From NCBI GenBank assembly GCA_963693055.1, contig OY843751.1:1600001-1664000 (forward strand): 64,000 bases of DNA, written 5' to 3'. Under the pieces are notes generated by a model. The model saw nothing but the letters and a program-made list of their open reading frames with translations, was not told the DNA's origin and did no database searches. The position numbers were made by a program, and so were the translations under genes. Source of the DNA: a bacterium (GTDB taxonomy: Bacteria; Zhuqueibacterota; Zhuqueibacteria; Residuimicrobiales; Krinioviventaceae). Below are positions 50,439 through 60,094 of this stretch, piece by piece; within the stretch, counting starts at the first letter, position 1; every line of letters starts with the position of its first letter.

Positions 50439-51935
50439 TTAATAATTGAGACTGAATTGTACATCTAATAAAGACGTTGATTTTTCAAAGTCATAATATG
50501 TATTAATCATTAATTCCAGTAAAGAACGACGATATTTAATATATGTATCCATAAAATTCAATTCAATATCTTTGTGTCGTTCAATAATTTGCATTAAATC
50601 TTGTAGTGCTATTTGATTTTCTTCATATTGTTCAATACTCATGTTTAATAATTTATTAGAAATGTTTAAGCTTTTTTCAAGATTCTGACAACGAGCTTGA
50701 TAATCTTGCAGGTTTGTAAAAGCATTTATTATATTTTTTTGAATGTTTTCCCGTTCTTCCTGGATTTGTAAATTCCGCCTGCGAACATCAACCATTTCTG
50801 CTTGGATAGATGCTTTACGTTCGCCCCAATCCCATAGTGGGATGTATGCGTTGATTGTTGCGGAATTACTATTGTCATATTCATCCCATATTCTTTTAAA
50901 ACGCTCATCTTTTTTTTCCAGGCCATAGGTTAGCTCAAGGTTGACTTGAAATGCATTATCACCTTTTTGATCATCCACATCGAGTTCTGAAAACCTTTTA
51001 TAGATGTTGAGTTGTTCTAAGCGAGGATTATTTTCATAACCTAATTCAAGTGCATCATTCAGTTTTATTGTAACCGGAGTAACGTGAATTTCCGGTTTGA
51101 TTATTAATGAATCATTAATATTTATTCTCAATCGTTGTTTTATATTTGCTAATTTTCGACGTTGATTGCTGTTATTTTCAAGCAGGTCTTCTGTCTCGTT
51201 TGTGATTTCCAGTTCTACCTGAATTCTTTCCATTTCATTTGATATTTTTTTTTCTGCATGCTGTTTTGCAATTTCCAAAGTTCTTTCAAGTATGTTTAAT
51301 TGTTTATTAAATATAGTTTCAGCAAAAACGAGTTCAAATACATCATAATAGTCGTCACCAATATCCCTAATGAGCCTTACACGGTCATCGATATATTCCA
51401 GTTGATTATCTTGCAACGCGAGTTGTGCTCTTTCAAGATCATTTTTCAGTTTATTGGTTGTAAAAAAAGGTTGTTCATATTTTAAGTACATTCGATTATA
51501 AAAATCAACCTCTCGGTTACCATTGTCCCGTTGTTGATAGCGATACATTTTATAATTCAGTGAAATATAACCGTTTGTGGGATATCCGAATAGAATAACA
51601 GGTTGACTGATGGATAACTCTGATTGCCAGCGTTGTGTGTTTTCTCGAACGATTTCATCTCTATAGAGTGTTGAATTCCATTTATTTTCTGAAACCCGGC
51701 TGATATCCGGAGTTTGCAAATTCAAAAATACTTTGGACTTTAATCCTGCCCGTCTGGCTCTCAGATCAAACATGGTTTTTTCGATCTCCATCTCGAGCTC
51801 TTTTATCCGATAGCTATTATTCAGGGCAATGTCTACAGCTGATTCCAACGTAAGATCTATCGTTTGTTTGGGTGCAGCTAAAATTGTATAATTCAATAAG
51901 ACACAAAAAAAGAAAACCGCGTTTTTCATTTCCAA
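50439..51935 (-). CDS. TolC-family outer membrane protein
   Basis: LTLESAVDIAL, QP.F and IPLWDWG motifs; coiled coils. Confidence 0.85.
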   Translation of the reverse strand: MEMKNAVFFFCVLLNYTILAAPKQTIDLTLESAVDIALNNSYRIKELEMEIEKTMFDLRARRAGLKSKVFLNLQTPDISRVSENKWNSTLYRDEIVRENTQRWQSELSISQPVILFGYPTNGYISLNYKMYRYQQRDNGNREVDFYNRMYLKYEQPFFTTNKLKNDLERAQLALQDNQLEYIDDRVRLIRDIGDDYYDVFELVFAETIFNKQLNILERTLEIAKQHAEKKISNEMERIQVELEITNETEDLLENNSNQRRKLANIKQRLRININDSLIIKPEIHVTPVTIKLNDALELGYENNPRLEQLNIYKRFSELDVDDQKGDNAFQVNLELTYGLEKKDERFKRIWDEYDNSNSATINAYIPLWDWGERKASIQAEMVDVRRRNLQIQEERENIQKNIINAFTNLQDYQARCQNLEKSLNISNKLLNMSIEQYEENQIALQDLMQIIERHKDIELNFMDTYIKYRRSLLELMINTYYDFEKSTSLLDVQFSLNY

Positions 51936-51993
51936 CTCCTAATTGATTTCTCATTTTCTTGCTTAAAGATAGAAATCAATCATTAAAATTTAA

Positions 51994-53412
51994 TTAAAAA
52001 GCAGTTTTTTCTGGTTTTGTGGCTGGAAGAATTATCTCTACCCGGGTACCTTTATTTAATTTACTTTCAACATGAATTTCCCCCTGGTGTGCTTCCATGA
52101 TCCTTTTACAGATAGAAAGCCCCAAACCACTACTATGCATTTCACGACTTCTGGCTTTGTCTACTCTGTAAAACCGATCAAATATATGTGACAGTTCATC
52201 TTTGGGGATTCCTATTCCATTGTCGCTAACAGAGATGATGATCTTTTGGTCAATAATTTGAGTGGAAATTTTTATCTCTCCATTGGATGGCGTATATTTT
52301 ATTGCATTGTCTATGATGTTGCTGAGAACCTGGCGAATTTTTTCAGGATCCAGTAATTGTTTTATGATTTTATGAGAGGGATAATAATGTAAGGTTATTT
52401 CTTTTAAAGATGCTACATTTTTATGAAATTGAATGACTTGCGACAAAAGTGAATTGATATCCGTTTGACGAAGTTGAAGATATGTTTTTTCTGCATCTAT
52501 ACGGGCCAGTGTTAACAAGTCATTAATGATTTTTTCCATAAATCCAATTTCCTGTAAACTACTGTACAGAGTGTTTTGGTATTCGTGAGTATCTCTGGGT
52601 TTACGAAGAGCAACTTCAATTTCACCACGCATTATGGTTAGGGGCGTTCGTAGTTCATGAGATGCGTCACCTGTGAATCTCTGTATAGATTCAATTCCCA
52701 TTCTAATGCGCTTTATCATTTCATTAAATGTGAGTGTCAGTTGTCCCAATTCATCTTTGGGATTTGGAGGTGCTGGTAATTCTTTATTTATATTTTTTAA
52801 GGTTATTGAGCGGGCTGCAGTTGTAAGATTGGTGATGGGTACAAGAGCCCGTTTTGCCAGAAACCATCCACCTAATCCTGCAATAATTAGCAATAGTGGG
52901 ATTAATAACATACCATATAATCTTATACGTTCGAGTATATTATTTGCATATATTGTTGAACGACCCGTTATAATGTGAAAAGTGTAGCTTTTGTTACGTT
53001 TATCATAAATAGTAGTCGGGGTAATTAAAATATGATATGAATATCCATCCTTGGTTTCAATTATTTGTGAAGTGATGGTGATTTCTTTGGGGGTATCTAT
53101 ATGGAATAATGGGGGACTGTTTTTGGATTTCATTAATCTTTTTTTAGTATTATATATTTGGTAAAATATACCATTTTCTTCAAATTGAAAGCTGGAGCTA
53201 TGGTCTTTAATATAATCTTTATCCAGCTTTTTATCATCTATACGCATATGTTCATTTAGCCGTTCAGCTTTTTCTGCCAGTAATGCTTCCTGGTCATTAT
53301 AGATCTCATTGGATATGCCCCAATACACAAGGATACCAAAAGTCAGTAGGGCAATAAACATCACTATACTGTACCACAATAACAGTCTGAAGCTAAATGA
53401 ATTAAAAGTCAT
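51994..53412 (-). CDS. HAMP sensor histidine kinase (CusS/ArlS-like)
   Basis: Two TM segments; DELGQL, DASHELRTPL, NAIKY, FYRVDKAR and GLGL motifs. Confidence 0.93.
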   Translation of the reverse strand: MTFNSFSFRLLLWYSIVMFIALLTFGILVYWGISNEIYNDQEALLAEKAERLNEHMRIDDKKLDKDYIKDHSSSFQFEENGIFYQIYNTKKRLMKSKNSPPLFHIDTPKEITITSQIIETKDGYSYHILITPTTIYDKRNKSYTFHIITGRSTIYANNILERIRLYGMLLIPLLLIIAGLGGWFLAKRALVPITNLTTAARSITLKNINKELPAPPNPKDELGQLTLTFNEMIKRIRMGIESIQRFTGDASHELRTPLTIMRGEIEVALRKPRDTHEYQNTLYSSLQEIGFMEKIINDLLTLARIDAEKTYLQLRQTDINSLLSQVIQFHKNVASLKEITLHYYPSHKIIKQLLDPEKIRQVLSNIIDNAIKYTPSNGEIKISTQIIDQKIIISVSDNGIGIPKDELSHIFDRFYRVDKARSREMHSSGLGLSICKRIMEAHQGEIHVESKLNKGTRVEIILPATKPEKTAF

Positions 53413-54085
53413 CTGCTGGCCCTTCAATTTTATAGCCAATACTTCGGACCGTTTTAATCAAGGGGTTTGCAAAAGGTTTGTCAATTTTTTTTCGTAAAAA
53501 GTTAATATATACATCAACGGCATTTGTATCCGGACTTTCGTTACGTCCCCAGATATAATCTTCAATTGCTTCACGAGACATTGCACGTCCTTGATTACGA
53601 GCTAATAATTCTAATATTCTAAATTCAAGCGGAGAAAGTGAGATTTGCTGTTCTTTGCGTGTTACTGTATGATTGTCTATGGAAATGATAAGGTCTGCTA
53701 TTTGAAGTTTTTCAGGCTCTTCCCACTTATTTCGTCTTACCAGAGCCTGCATTCTGGCCAATAATTCTTCAAAGGCAAAAGGTTTTACTAAATAGTCATC
53801 TGCTCCTGATCGGAGCCCTGAAACACGTTCTGAAATTGCATCTTTGGCAGTGAGAAACAATACCGGAACCCTATTACCTTCTTGTCGGATATTTTTAAGC
53901 AAAGTTAATCCGTCCATTTTAGGCATCATGATATCAAGTATGAGGATATCAAATTCCTGGTCCCGAAGAATGTTTAATGCTTCAATACCATTATATGCTG
54001 TAGCGACACTCCAATTTTCTTCTTCGAGCCCCTTTTTTAAAAATCCGACGACTTTGGGTTCATCTTCAACAATCAATACACGCAT
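53402..54085 (-). CDS. OmpR-family response regulator (CusR-like)
   Basis: VEDE, LDIMMP, LTAKD, DDYLVKPF and VDVYINFLRKKID motifs. Confidence 0.95.
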   Translation of the reverse strand: MRVLIVEDEPKVVGFLKKGLEEENWSVATAYNGIEALNILRDQEFDILILDIMMPKMDGLTLLKNIRQEGNRVPVLFLTAKDAISERVSGLRSGADDYLVKPFAFEELLARMQALVRRNKWEEPEKLQIADLIISIDNHTVTRKEQQISLSPLEFRILELLARNQGRAMSREAIEDYIWGRNESPDTNAVDVYINFLRKKIDKPFANPLIKTVRSIGYKIEGPADDF

Positions 54086-54139
54086 TAATTATCCGTATTT
54101 TTATGAATTGGAAGATAAGTTCATTTTATTAAAATTAGA

Positions 54140-55138
54140 TTAAAATTCTTTAACTGACCAGGAGATTGTTTTGCCAGCCATAAAGGGAACAACGTTTCCA
54201 TAATTGTCAGGGATTATAAAATCTGATTTTTCAATCTCGATATTTTTAGGAATGGGAGAGATGTTGTAGATTTTTTGAGCATTGTCTGAAACGAATGCTT
54301 GTAATTTGTCAAGTGCATTGTGTTTATCAAACAGTTCCGCAAGTACGGCAAGCGCAACCGGGGCTGTAAAAACTCCTGCGGCACAACCCGCGCATTCTTT
54401 TTTGTGAACCGGATGTGGTGCTGAATCACTTCCAAACATGAGTTTGGGATGTGCTATCAGTGCTGCCTGCAACAAGGCTTCTCGGTCATGAGGGAATTTG
54501 GCTATAGGTTTGCAAAACAGATGTGGAGACAAGAGTCCGCCCGCAATATCGTCCAACGTGATCAGCAAGTGCTGCAAAGTAACCGTGGCAAAAATATTTT
54601 CATATTGGTCCAGCAGTTCTACCGCGTCGCGGGTTGTAATGTGCTCCATGATGATTTTAAGATCTGGAAAATTCTCCGCAAGCCATGCATAGGTACCCAG
54701 AAATTCAGATTCACGATCCAATACAAAGCCATTGGTCTCGCCATGTACCAACAAGGGGATCTGTAACTCTTGCATGAATTCAAAGGTTGTACGAGCCTGG
54801 TCAAGCGAACTGACTCCGGATTCGCTGTTTGTGGTTATACCCGCAGGATAAAGTTTGATACCAATAATATGTTCTTTTGCGGTTTCGAGTTCATTTTTAC
54901 TATACTCCCGGAAGAATAATGTCATATAGGGGGTAAAGGTTTCACTGCCAATGGCATGAATAATCTGGTCACGATAGGTCAACAGTTTATCCAATGAATC
55001 GATAGGATCGATTAAATTGGGCATAATTACAGCACCGGCAAATTGAGCAGCGCTGAGGGGAGCAACAAGTTTAAGCATTTCTGCTTCGCGCAGATGCAGA
55101 TGCATGTCTAACGGTGATTGTATGATCAGTGTATTCAT
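54140..55138 (-). CDS. pyrC: Dihydroorotase (homodimeric type)
   Basis: [36 protein letters not shown] and GSDSAPH motifs. Confidence 0.96.
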   Translation of the reverse strand: MNTLIIQSPLDMHLHLREAEMLKLVAPLSAAQFAGAVIMPNLIDPIDSLDKLLTYRDQIIHAIGSETFTPYMTLFFREYSKNELETAKEHIIGIKLYPAGITTNSESGVSSLDQARTTFEFMQELQIPLLVHGETNGFVLDRESEFLGTYAWLAENFPDLKIIMEHITTRDAVELLDQYENIFATVTLQHLLITLDDIAGGLLSPHLFCKPIAKFPHDREALLQAALIAHPKLMFGSDSAPHPVHKKECAGCAAGVFTAPVALAVLAELFDKHNALDKLQAFVSDNAQKIYNISPIPKNIEIEKSDFIIPDNYGNVVPFMAGKTISWSVKEF

Positions 55139-55207
55139 TTATAAATCCAATATTTTTTAATAAAATTACTGATTTATGATTGAAAATTCAAGTTGTTTCA
55201 AGGATAT

Positions 55208-55344
55208 TAAAAAGGATGCCCGTCCAAATAGGGTATTGATGTTTTGGGGTAAGGGTTGGACGGGCATGGGGGGTAAGTTGTTATATTTTACAGCAAATTT
55301 TGTAATTTGCAGAAAAAAATTTTAATATTTTTTGTTTGGATTGA
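55208..55344 (-). ncRNA. Putative ~135-nt sRNA with C-rich CUUACCCC motifs
   Basis: Lies downstream of a perfect sigma70 promoter; 12-bp stem 55216-55227/55256-55267 followed by CC and T5; no RBS-led ORF. Confidence 0.55.
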
Positions 55345-55350
55345 TTAAGA

Positions 55351-55379
55351 ATTATACGCTTTTTTTTTAATTTTGTCAA
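55351..55379 (-). promoter_or_regulatory. Perfect consensus sigma70 promoter
   Basis: TTGACA(55379-55374)-17 nt-TATAAT(55356-55351). Confidence 0.85.
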
Positions 55380-55400
55380 GTGTTTATTTTAAGATTTATG

Positions 55401-55431
55401 GGGAAAATATCGAGCATTTCGATATTTTCCC
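55401..55431 (-). terminator. Hairpin after the Nramp gene
   Basis: GGGAAAATATCGA-GCATT-TCGATATTTTCCC perfect 13-bp stem. Confidence 0.65.
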
Positions 55432-55471
55432 TTTATGAGGTTGTTTTTCATGATTTTATGAGGTGGTGTGA

Positions 55472-56695
55472 TTATAACGTTTTTGCCAAATTTAAAAAAC
55501 CTATAAATGATTGATATGCCATAAATAATGCAAATAAAAAAGTGATTCCGGTCATTATATTTATAGATTTGGAATTTTTATGTTCATGTACAATTTTTTC
55601 TTTATTGAGAAGTATGAGTAGAAACAGGACCAAAAGTGGTAAAAATAATGCCTGTATGGCAAGTGAAATGATTTGCAGGAATACCGGCTTGCCACCAAAT
55701 ATGGGAGCAATAAGCCCGGCTGCACTGAAAATAAAAGCCATGATCATAAAATGTGGAGCTTTGGGATCTCGTGATAATCCGAAAAATTCTGATATGGTCC
55801 ATGTGGAGACAAGGGCATTAGGAAAAGCTGACGAGAGTCCTGCTGCCATAATACCAACTATAAATAATGTTGCGGCAAACTTGCCAAAAAGGGGAACCAG
55901 TGTATATGCCATATCGATTGCTTTTTCAACATGAATTCCCCGAACATGTAATGTTGCTGCGGCTCCAGCCATAACCACAGCGGATACGACAAAAACCAAA
56001 ACGCCGGTAACAATGGCATCCTTGTTGGCGTGTTTCAGATCATTGATTGTCCAGCCCTTGTCCATGACCACGAATGATCGCATTACAACTACACTCCCTG
56101 CCAGTGTGGTTCCCACCATTGCGGCTGCAATCATGCTTCCGCCCTGGGGCACATTGGGTATAAAACCTTTTGCAAAGCTCAAAGCTGAAGGATGCGCATA
56201 AAACAAATTGATTATAAAACTCACACCAAGAACCGTAACAAAGATGATCAATACCCGTTCAAATATTGAATATTTGCCCATTATTATCAGCAAAAAAATG
56301 AACGTGCACCAGATAATACTGGAAAGTAAAAAGTTCATACCGGTCCATGATGCAAAAGCTTCGGCAACAATTCCAAGTACTCCTATATTGGATGTGAATT
56401 GACTAACCACCACGGCAAGTACAATGTAAAAACCTGCTACCGGACCAAAATGCTCCCGGGTCAATGCTACAAACGTTTTTCCTGAAGCAAAAGTGAGCCT
56501 GCTTACAGAACCAATCAATACCCAGAAAAATAGGCAGGAGAGAAACAACGTCCACATTAAGCTCATGCCATGTTCAGCACCTGCTACCACCAGAGAGGAT
56601 ACACTGCCCGTGCCGATTGTTGCACCAATCATAAAAATTGCCGGCCCATAAGAAACAATTGTGTCTTTGAGTTTGGTAAGGAAAGAGTTTTGCAT
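55472..56695 (-). CDS. Nramp-family divalent metal transporter (divergent subgroup)
   Basis: GPAIF..IGTGSV...AGA, AMVGTT and AAGLSS motifs; about 11 TM segments. Confidence 0.82.
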   Translation of the reverse strand: MQNSFLTKLKDTIVSYGPAIFMIGATIGTGSVSSLVVAGAEHGMSLMWTLFLSCLFFWVLIGSVSRLTFASGKTFVALTREHFGPVAGFYIVLAVVVSQFTSNIGVLGIVAEAFASWTGMNFLLSSIIWCTFIFLLIIMGKYSIFERVLIIFVTVLGVSFIINLFYAHPSALSFAKGFIPNVPQGGSMIAAAMVGTTLAGSVVVMRSFVVMDKGWTINDLKHANKDAIVTGVLVFVVSAVVMAGAAATLHVRGIHVEKAIDMAYTLVPLFGKFAATLFIVGIMAAGLSSAFPNALVSTWTISEFFGLSRDPKAPHFMIMAFIFSAAGLIAPIFGGKPVFLQIISLAIQALFLPLLVLFLLILLNKEKIVHEHKNSKSINIMTGITFLFALFMAYQSFIGFLNLAKTL

Positions 56696-56965
56696 AACCA
56701 GATCCTTTATATTGTTTGATTCCCCGTTTAATTAATGTACAATAACTAGTATTAACTTCAAGCTCAATTTTCTTTTTATTCAAGAGATTCATTATTTTTT
56801 TGTAATGTCATATTCTGCTTGCTTATTTGTAGTTATTTTGTAATATAATCTATCAATTGTTTGCTATCTGTCACATCTTTTTTGGGTATGATTTACTAGC
56901 CTGAATATATTTTTATTTTAAACTGTTTACATGTAATAAAAGCTATTGCATTGATGGAGGAGAAA

Positions 56966-58255
56966 ATGTCTTTCAAGCGTCAATTTGTGCTAATAATTGT
57001 TATTGTTTTACTGGGTATGTTTGCCATCAGTCCGGTATTCAGCCAGAATGCTGCAAAAGGAATAATGTCATTTTATCGGGATGTGTTTGAGCAGGATGAA
57101 AAGAATTTATATGATTACCTGATAGATGAATTGTTAAATTATATACAAGACCATCCGGACAGTACAGATACTGCTGAAGCATTATTGCTGTTGAGTAAAT
57201 CATATCAAAACAGAGGTAAAGAGTACGAGGCGCTTGCTGCCAGCCTGGAATTACTGTATCTGTTTCCCGGAGCGGCAAACCGGCAGGAATGTTTAAATTT
57301 TGCCACCAGTATTATTACCACAGAGAGAAGTTTTGATGCTGATGAAGCAAAGTATACTGCGCTTGTTAATGAAACGGTTGCAGGCATTAGTAGAGCTGAT
57401 CGATTTTATGAATATCTCGGTATGTTGATCAAGCTTGATGAAAAGGACCTTTACGATTGGACAATCAACGCTGCCCGGTCCTATTGTTCACAATTCCCCA
57501 ATGATGGCCGTTTAGATAATGTGCAAAAGTGGATTGGGGATATCTATCTTGAAAAGGGGGACGAGTGGCAGGCTTCTATGAGTTATTTGAAACTGGATTA
57601 TACTCACCCGAACAGTCCCTTATTACCAGAAACCCGTTATTTGAGAAGCAAGATTTTGTACGAGGAATTACGCGAGTATGAACTGGCAGTGCAATCTCTT
57701 GAGCAAATAGCCGCCACCTGGCCCACTCATGAATATGCTGCTGCATCCCTGTTTATGATTGGTGAAATTTATGAAAATAAATTAAAAGATTATGATAAAG
57801 CTATACTTTATTATCGCAAGCTGGTAGATATGTTTCCACAATATCCCAAATCTGTAAATGCCTTGCTCTCTATTGGTGAAATAAACGCCAAACGATTGGA
57901 TAAATACCCGGAAGCTATTGCCGCTTATAATGAATTTGTTGAAAAATATCGATCTAACCCCCAGGGTGTAGAAGCTTTGTTACGAGTTGCCGAGTTGTAT
58001 GAAGATGAGGTTAAGGATTATACACAGGCAGCCGCTTATTACGCTCAAGTGGCAGAGATTTATCCCACTTATGACGATGCACCTGACTGTTTGATTAAAG
58101 CGGGTGAAATCAGTGAAGATAAATTGGGAGATTACAAGCAGGCAGTGATCTATTATCAAATGGTGTTGAATACTTTTCCTGATCACAAAAAGGCCAAAGA
58201 CGCAAAAAAGAAACTGGACAAAGCTCAGGAAAATTTACCTGCAGGAACATTTTAA
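56966..58255 (+). CDS. Secreted TPR-repeat protein (BamD/YbgF-like repeats)
   Basis: GGAGGA RBS; signal peptide; repeated GEIYE.KLKDY..A...Y......YP units. Confidence 0.88.
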   Translation: MSFKRQFVLIIVIVLLGMFAISPVFSQNAAKGIMSFYRDVFEQDEKNLYDYLIDELLNYIQDHPDSTDTAEALLLLSKSYQNRGKEYEALAASLELLYLFPGAANRQECLNFATSIITTERSFDADEAKYTALVNETVAGISRADRFYEYLGMLIKLDEKDLYDWTINAARSYCSQFPNDGRLDNVQKWIGDIYLEKGDEWQASMSYLKLDYTHPNSPLLPETRYLRSKILYEELREYELAVQSLEQIAATWPTHEYAAASLFMIGEIYENKLKDYDKAILYYRKLVDMFPQYPKSVNALLSIGEINAKRLDKYPEAIAAYNEFVEKYRSNPQGVEALLRVAELYEDEVKDYTQAAAYYAQVAEIYPTYDDAPDCLIKAGEISEDKLGDYKQAVIYYQMVLNTFPDHKKAKDAKKKLDKAQENLPAGTF

Positions 58256-58272
58256 CTAATTTATAATTGAAC

Positions 58273-58328
58273 AAGCCGGTGCTTTGTTACATCAACTAAA
58301 GTTGGATACTCTGCTACCGGCTTTTTTT
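58273..58328. terminator. Terminator between convergent genes
   Basis: AAGCCGGT...ACCGGCTT followed by a T-run; long loop. Confidence 0.55.
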
Positions 58329-58335
58329 ATATGGA

Positions 58336-59007
58336 TTAAGAACTGAATCCCGGCATACCTTCAATTGCATATGCGCGAACAGAGCAGGAATCCAATCCTT
58401 TGATTGGCATAGGGGTATACGAGATGAAAAAGATATCGTCCTGCAGTTTGTCAATATTCTGCATGACTTCAAGAAACATGATGTCTTGCGGCATAACAAT
58501 TTCATGAATATCACATGCATCTTTAACAGAATGTTCAATAGCAACACCGTCACCAAAACCAATACATTTTACTTTTTTCTCAGCAAACCATTCTCCTGAT
58601 TCTTTACCGAGATAGGGACGTTTGTCATTAGGATCATTACTGAATGGCACATTGTGGTATGGACTGTCGAGTATCACCACATCTCCCTCTTTGACCCTAC
58701 CTTTGTCCGCTTTATCCAGCATTTCTTTGGTAATGGGCGCCAAGGGATCACATTCCAGTTTTAACAGTACACCCCGACCAATAAAAGCGGTTACCGGTAA
58801 TTGTACAATGTCTTTCCAATCCGAGTCATAATGATAGGGTGTTTCGATATGTGTGCCCAGATGAGAAGCTACCGTTACCTTGGAATGGTAATCTTTGGTA
58901 CTCTCTTGAAAGAACCGTTCAACCTTGCATAAACGTGTTGTATTTTCAGGATCTACATGCAGGCTGAGATCAATAGCCCGGTATCCATTGATAGTAAATA
59001 CTGACAT
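58336..59007 (-). CDS. Cyclase-family (kynurenine formamidase-like) hydrolase
   Basis: DLS, SHLGTHIETPYH (HxGTHxDxPxH variant) and VRAYA motifs. Confidence 0.88.
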   Translation of the reverse strand: MSVFTINGYRAIDLSLHVDPENTTRLCKVERFFQESTKDYHSKVTVASHLGTHIETPYHYDSDWKDIVQLPVTAFIGRGVLLKLECDPLAPITKEMLDKADKGRVKEGDVVILDSPYHNVPFSNDPNDKRPYLGKESGEWFAEKKVKCIGFGDGVAIEHSVKDACDIHEIVMPQDIMFLEVMQNIDKLQDDIFFISYTPMPIKGLDSCSVRAYAIEGMPGFSS

Positions 59008-59019
59008 ACTTTTTACCTC

Positions 59020-60072
59020 CTAAAAAATATCTGAAAAAGGTCTGAGATCGACTGTATCCAGATTTTTCATACTCAATTGTTCTTTATTGTTTTGAATATT
59101 ACGGATGATTTCTGTAATGGTATCGTTAACTGGTGCTGCGATTCCGGATTCTTTAGATTTTTTTGCCAAAAATCCATTTATGCTTTCTACCTCGGTCATT
59201 CTGCCTTTTTCAAGATCCTGCAGCATACTGGGTTTTCCACTACGCTGAGGTTCAAAGAATTTGCGTAATTGCGCGCGCATGGCATCCGGATTGATTACCA
59301 GTGCGGTTTTGAATTCCTGCGGATCGATTCCGTTGACCTGATCTACCTGTATCCCGAGTTTTTCTGCAACGGACAAGGTTTCAGCTTTTAGCGAAAGCGC
59401 AGTATCGAGTGCTTTGGGATTGTCAAGGATTTCACCAAAGGTGCAGCCCAATGCTGCTGAAAGTCCGCTCATGGATACATTAATTACCAACTTGGTCCAA
59501 CGCATACCGGCAAGATTGGTAGATATCTCTACTGCACCGGCATGTTCCAAAATGGATTTGACGGCTTGAATTCTATCCGATATGCTGCCATCGGGTTCAC
59601 CAATTTTGTAAAGCATACTGCCCGGTTCACCTGCTAGACGTGCAACACCCGGTGCATCGAGCCCAGCAGCCCAACCGACTATAGATCCTCCCAGGGTACG
59701 ATTTTCACCAACATATGAAGCAATTTTTTCTTCAGGAACACCATTTTGTGTAGAGAGTACCATGCTGTTATCATGCAGATGTGGCAAAAGTCCGGAAAGG
59801 GCTGCATCATCCGCAGTACTTTTTACAGAATAGATGACAAGATCATAAGGTCCGTTCATCCTGTCCGGGGTAACTGCATTAACCGGAATGGTAACATCCA
59901 TTCCGCCAGTAATTTTAGCCCCGTTCTGATTCAGTGCATTGACATGATCTGTATCTACCGAAACCAGGTCAATATCATAACCTGCTTTTGCAATCAGGGC
60001 CCCAATAATAGTTCCGGTTGCTCCGGCGCCCAGAAGTACAATTTTTTTGATCTCTGGTTTGCTCACAATCAA
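59020..60072 (-). CDS. panE: Ketopantoate reductase-family protein
   Basis: GAGATG, QNG, WTKL..N, SMLQD...GR.TE and INGF motifs. Confidence 0.82.
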   Translation of the reverse strand: MIVSKPEIKKIVLLGAGATGTIIGALIAKAGYDIDLVSVDTDHVNALNQNGAKITGGMDVTIPVNAVTPDRMNGPYDLVIYSVKSTADDAALSGLLPHLHDNSMVLSTQNGVPEEKIASYVGENRTLGGSIVGWAAGLDAPGVARLAGEPGSMLYKIGEPDGSISDRIQAVKSILEHAGAVEISTNLAGMRWTKLVINVSMSGLSAALGCTFGEILDNPKALDTALSLKAETLSVAEKLGIQVDQVNGIDPQEFKTALVINPDAMRAQLRKFFEPQRSGKPSMLQDLEKGRMTEVESINGFLAKKSKESGIAAPVNDTITEIIRNIQNNKEQLSMKNLDTVDLRPFSDIF

Positions 60073-60094
60073 CTCCTGTTTGATTTATTTTTAC

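Noticed and set aside
55208-55344. PyrR attenuator for pyrC
   Set aside because: No PyrR-binding AGUCC/GAGAGGCU motif or antiterminator seen, and pyrC has its own promoter candidate
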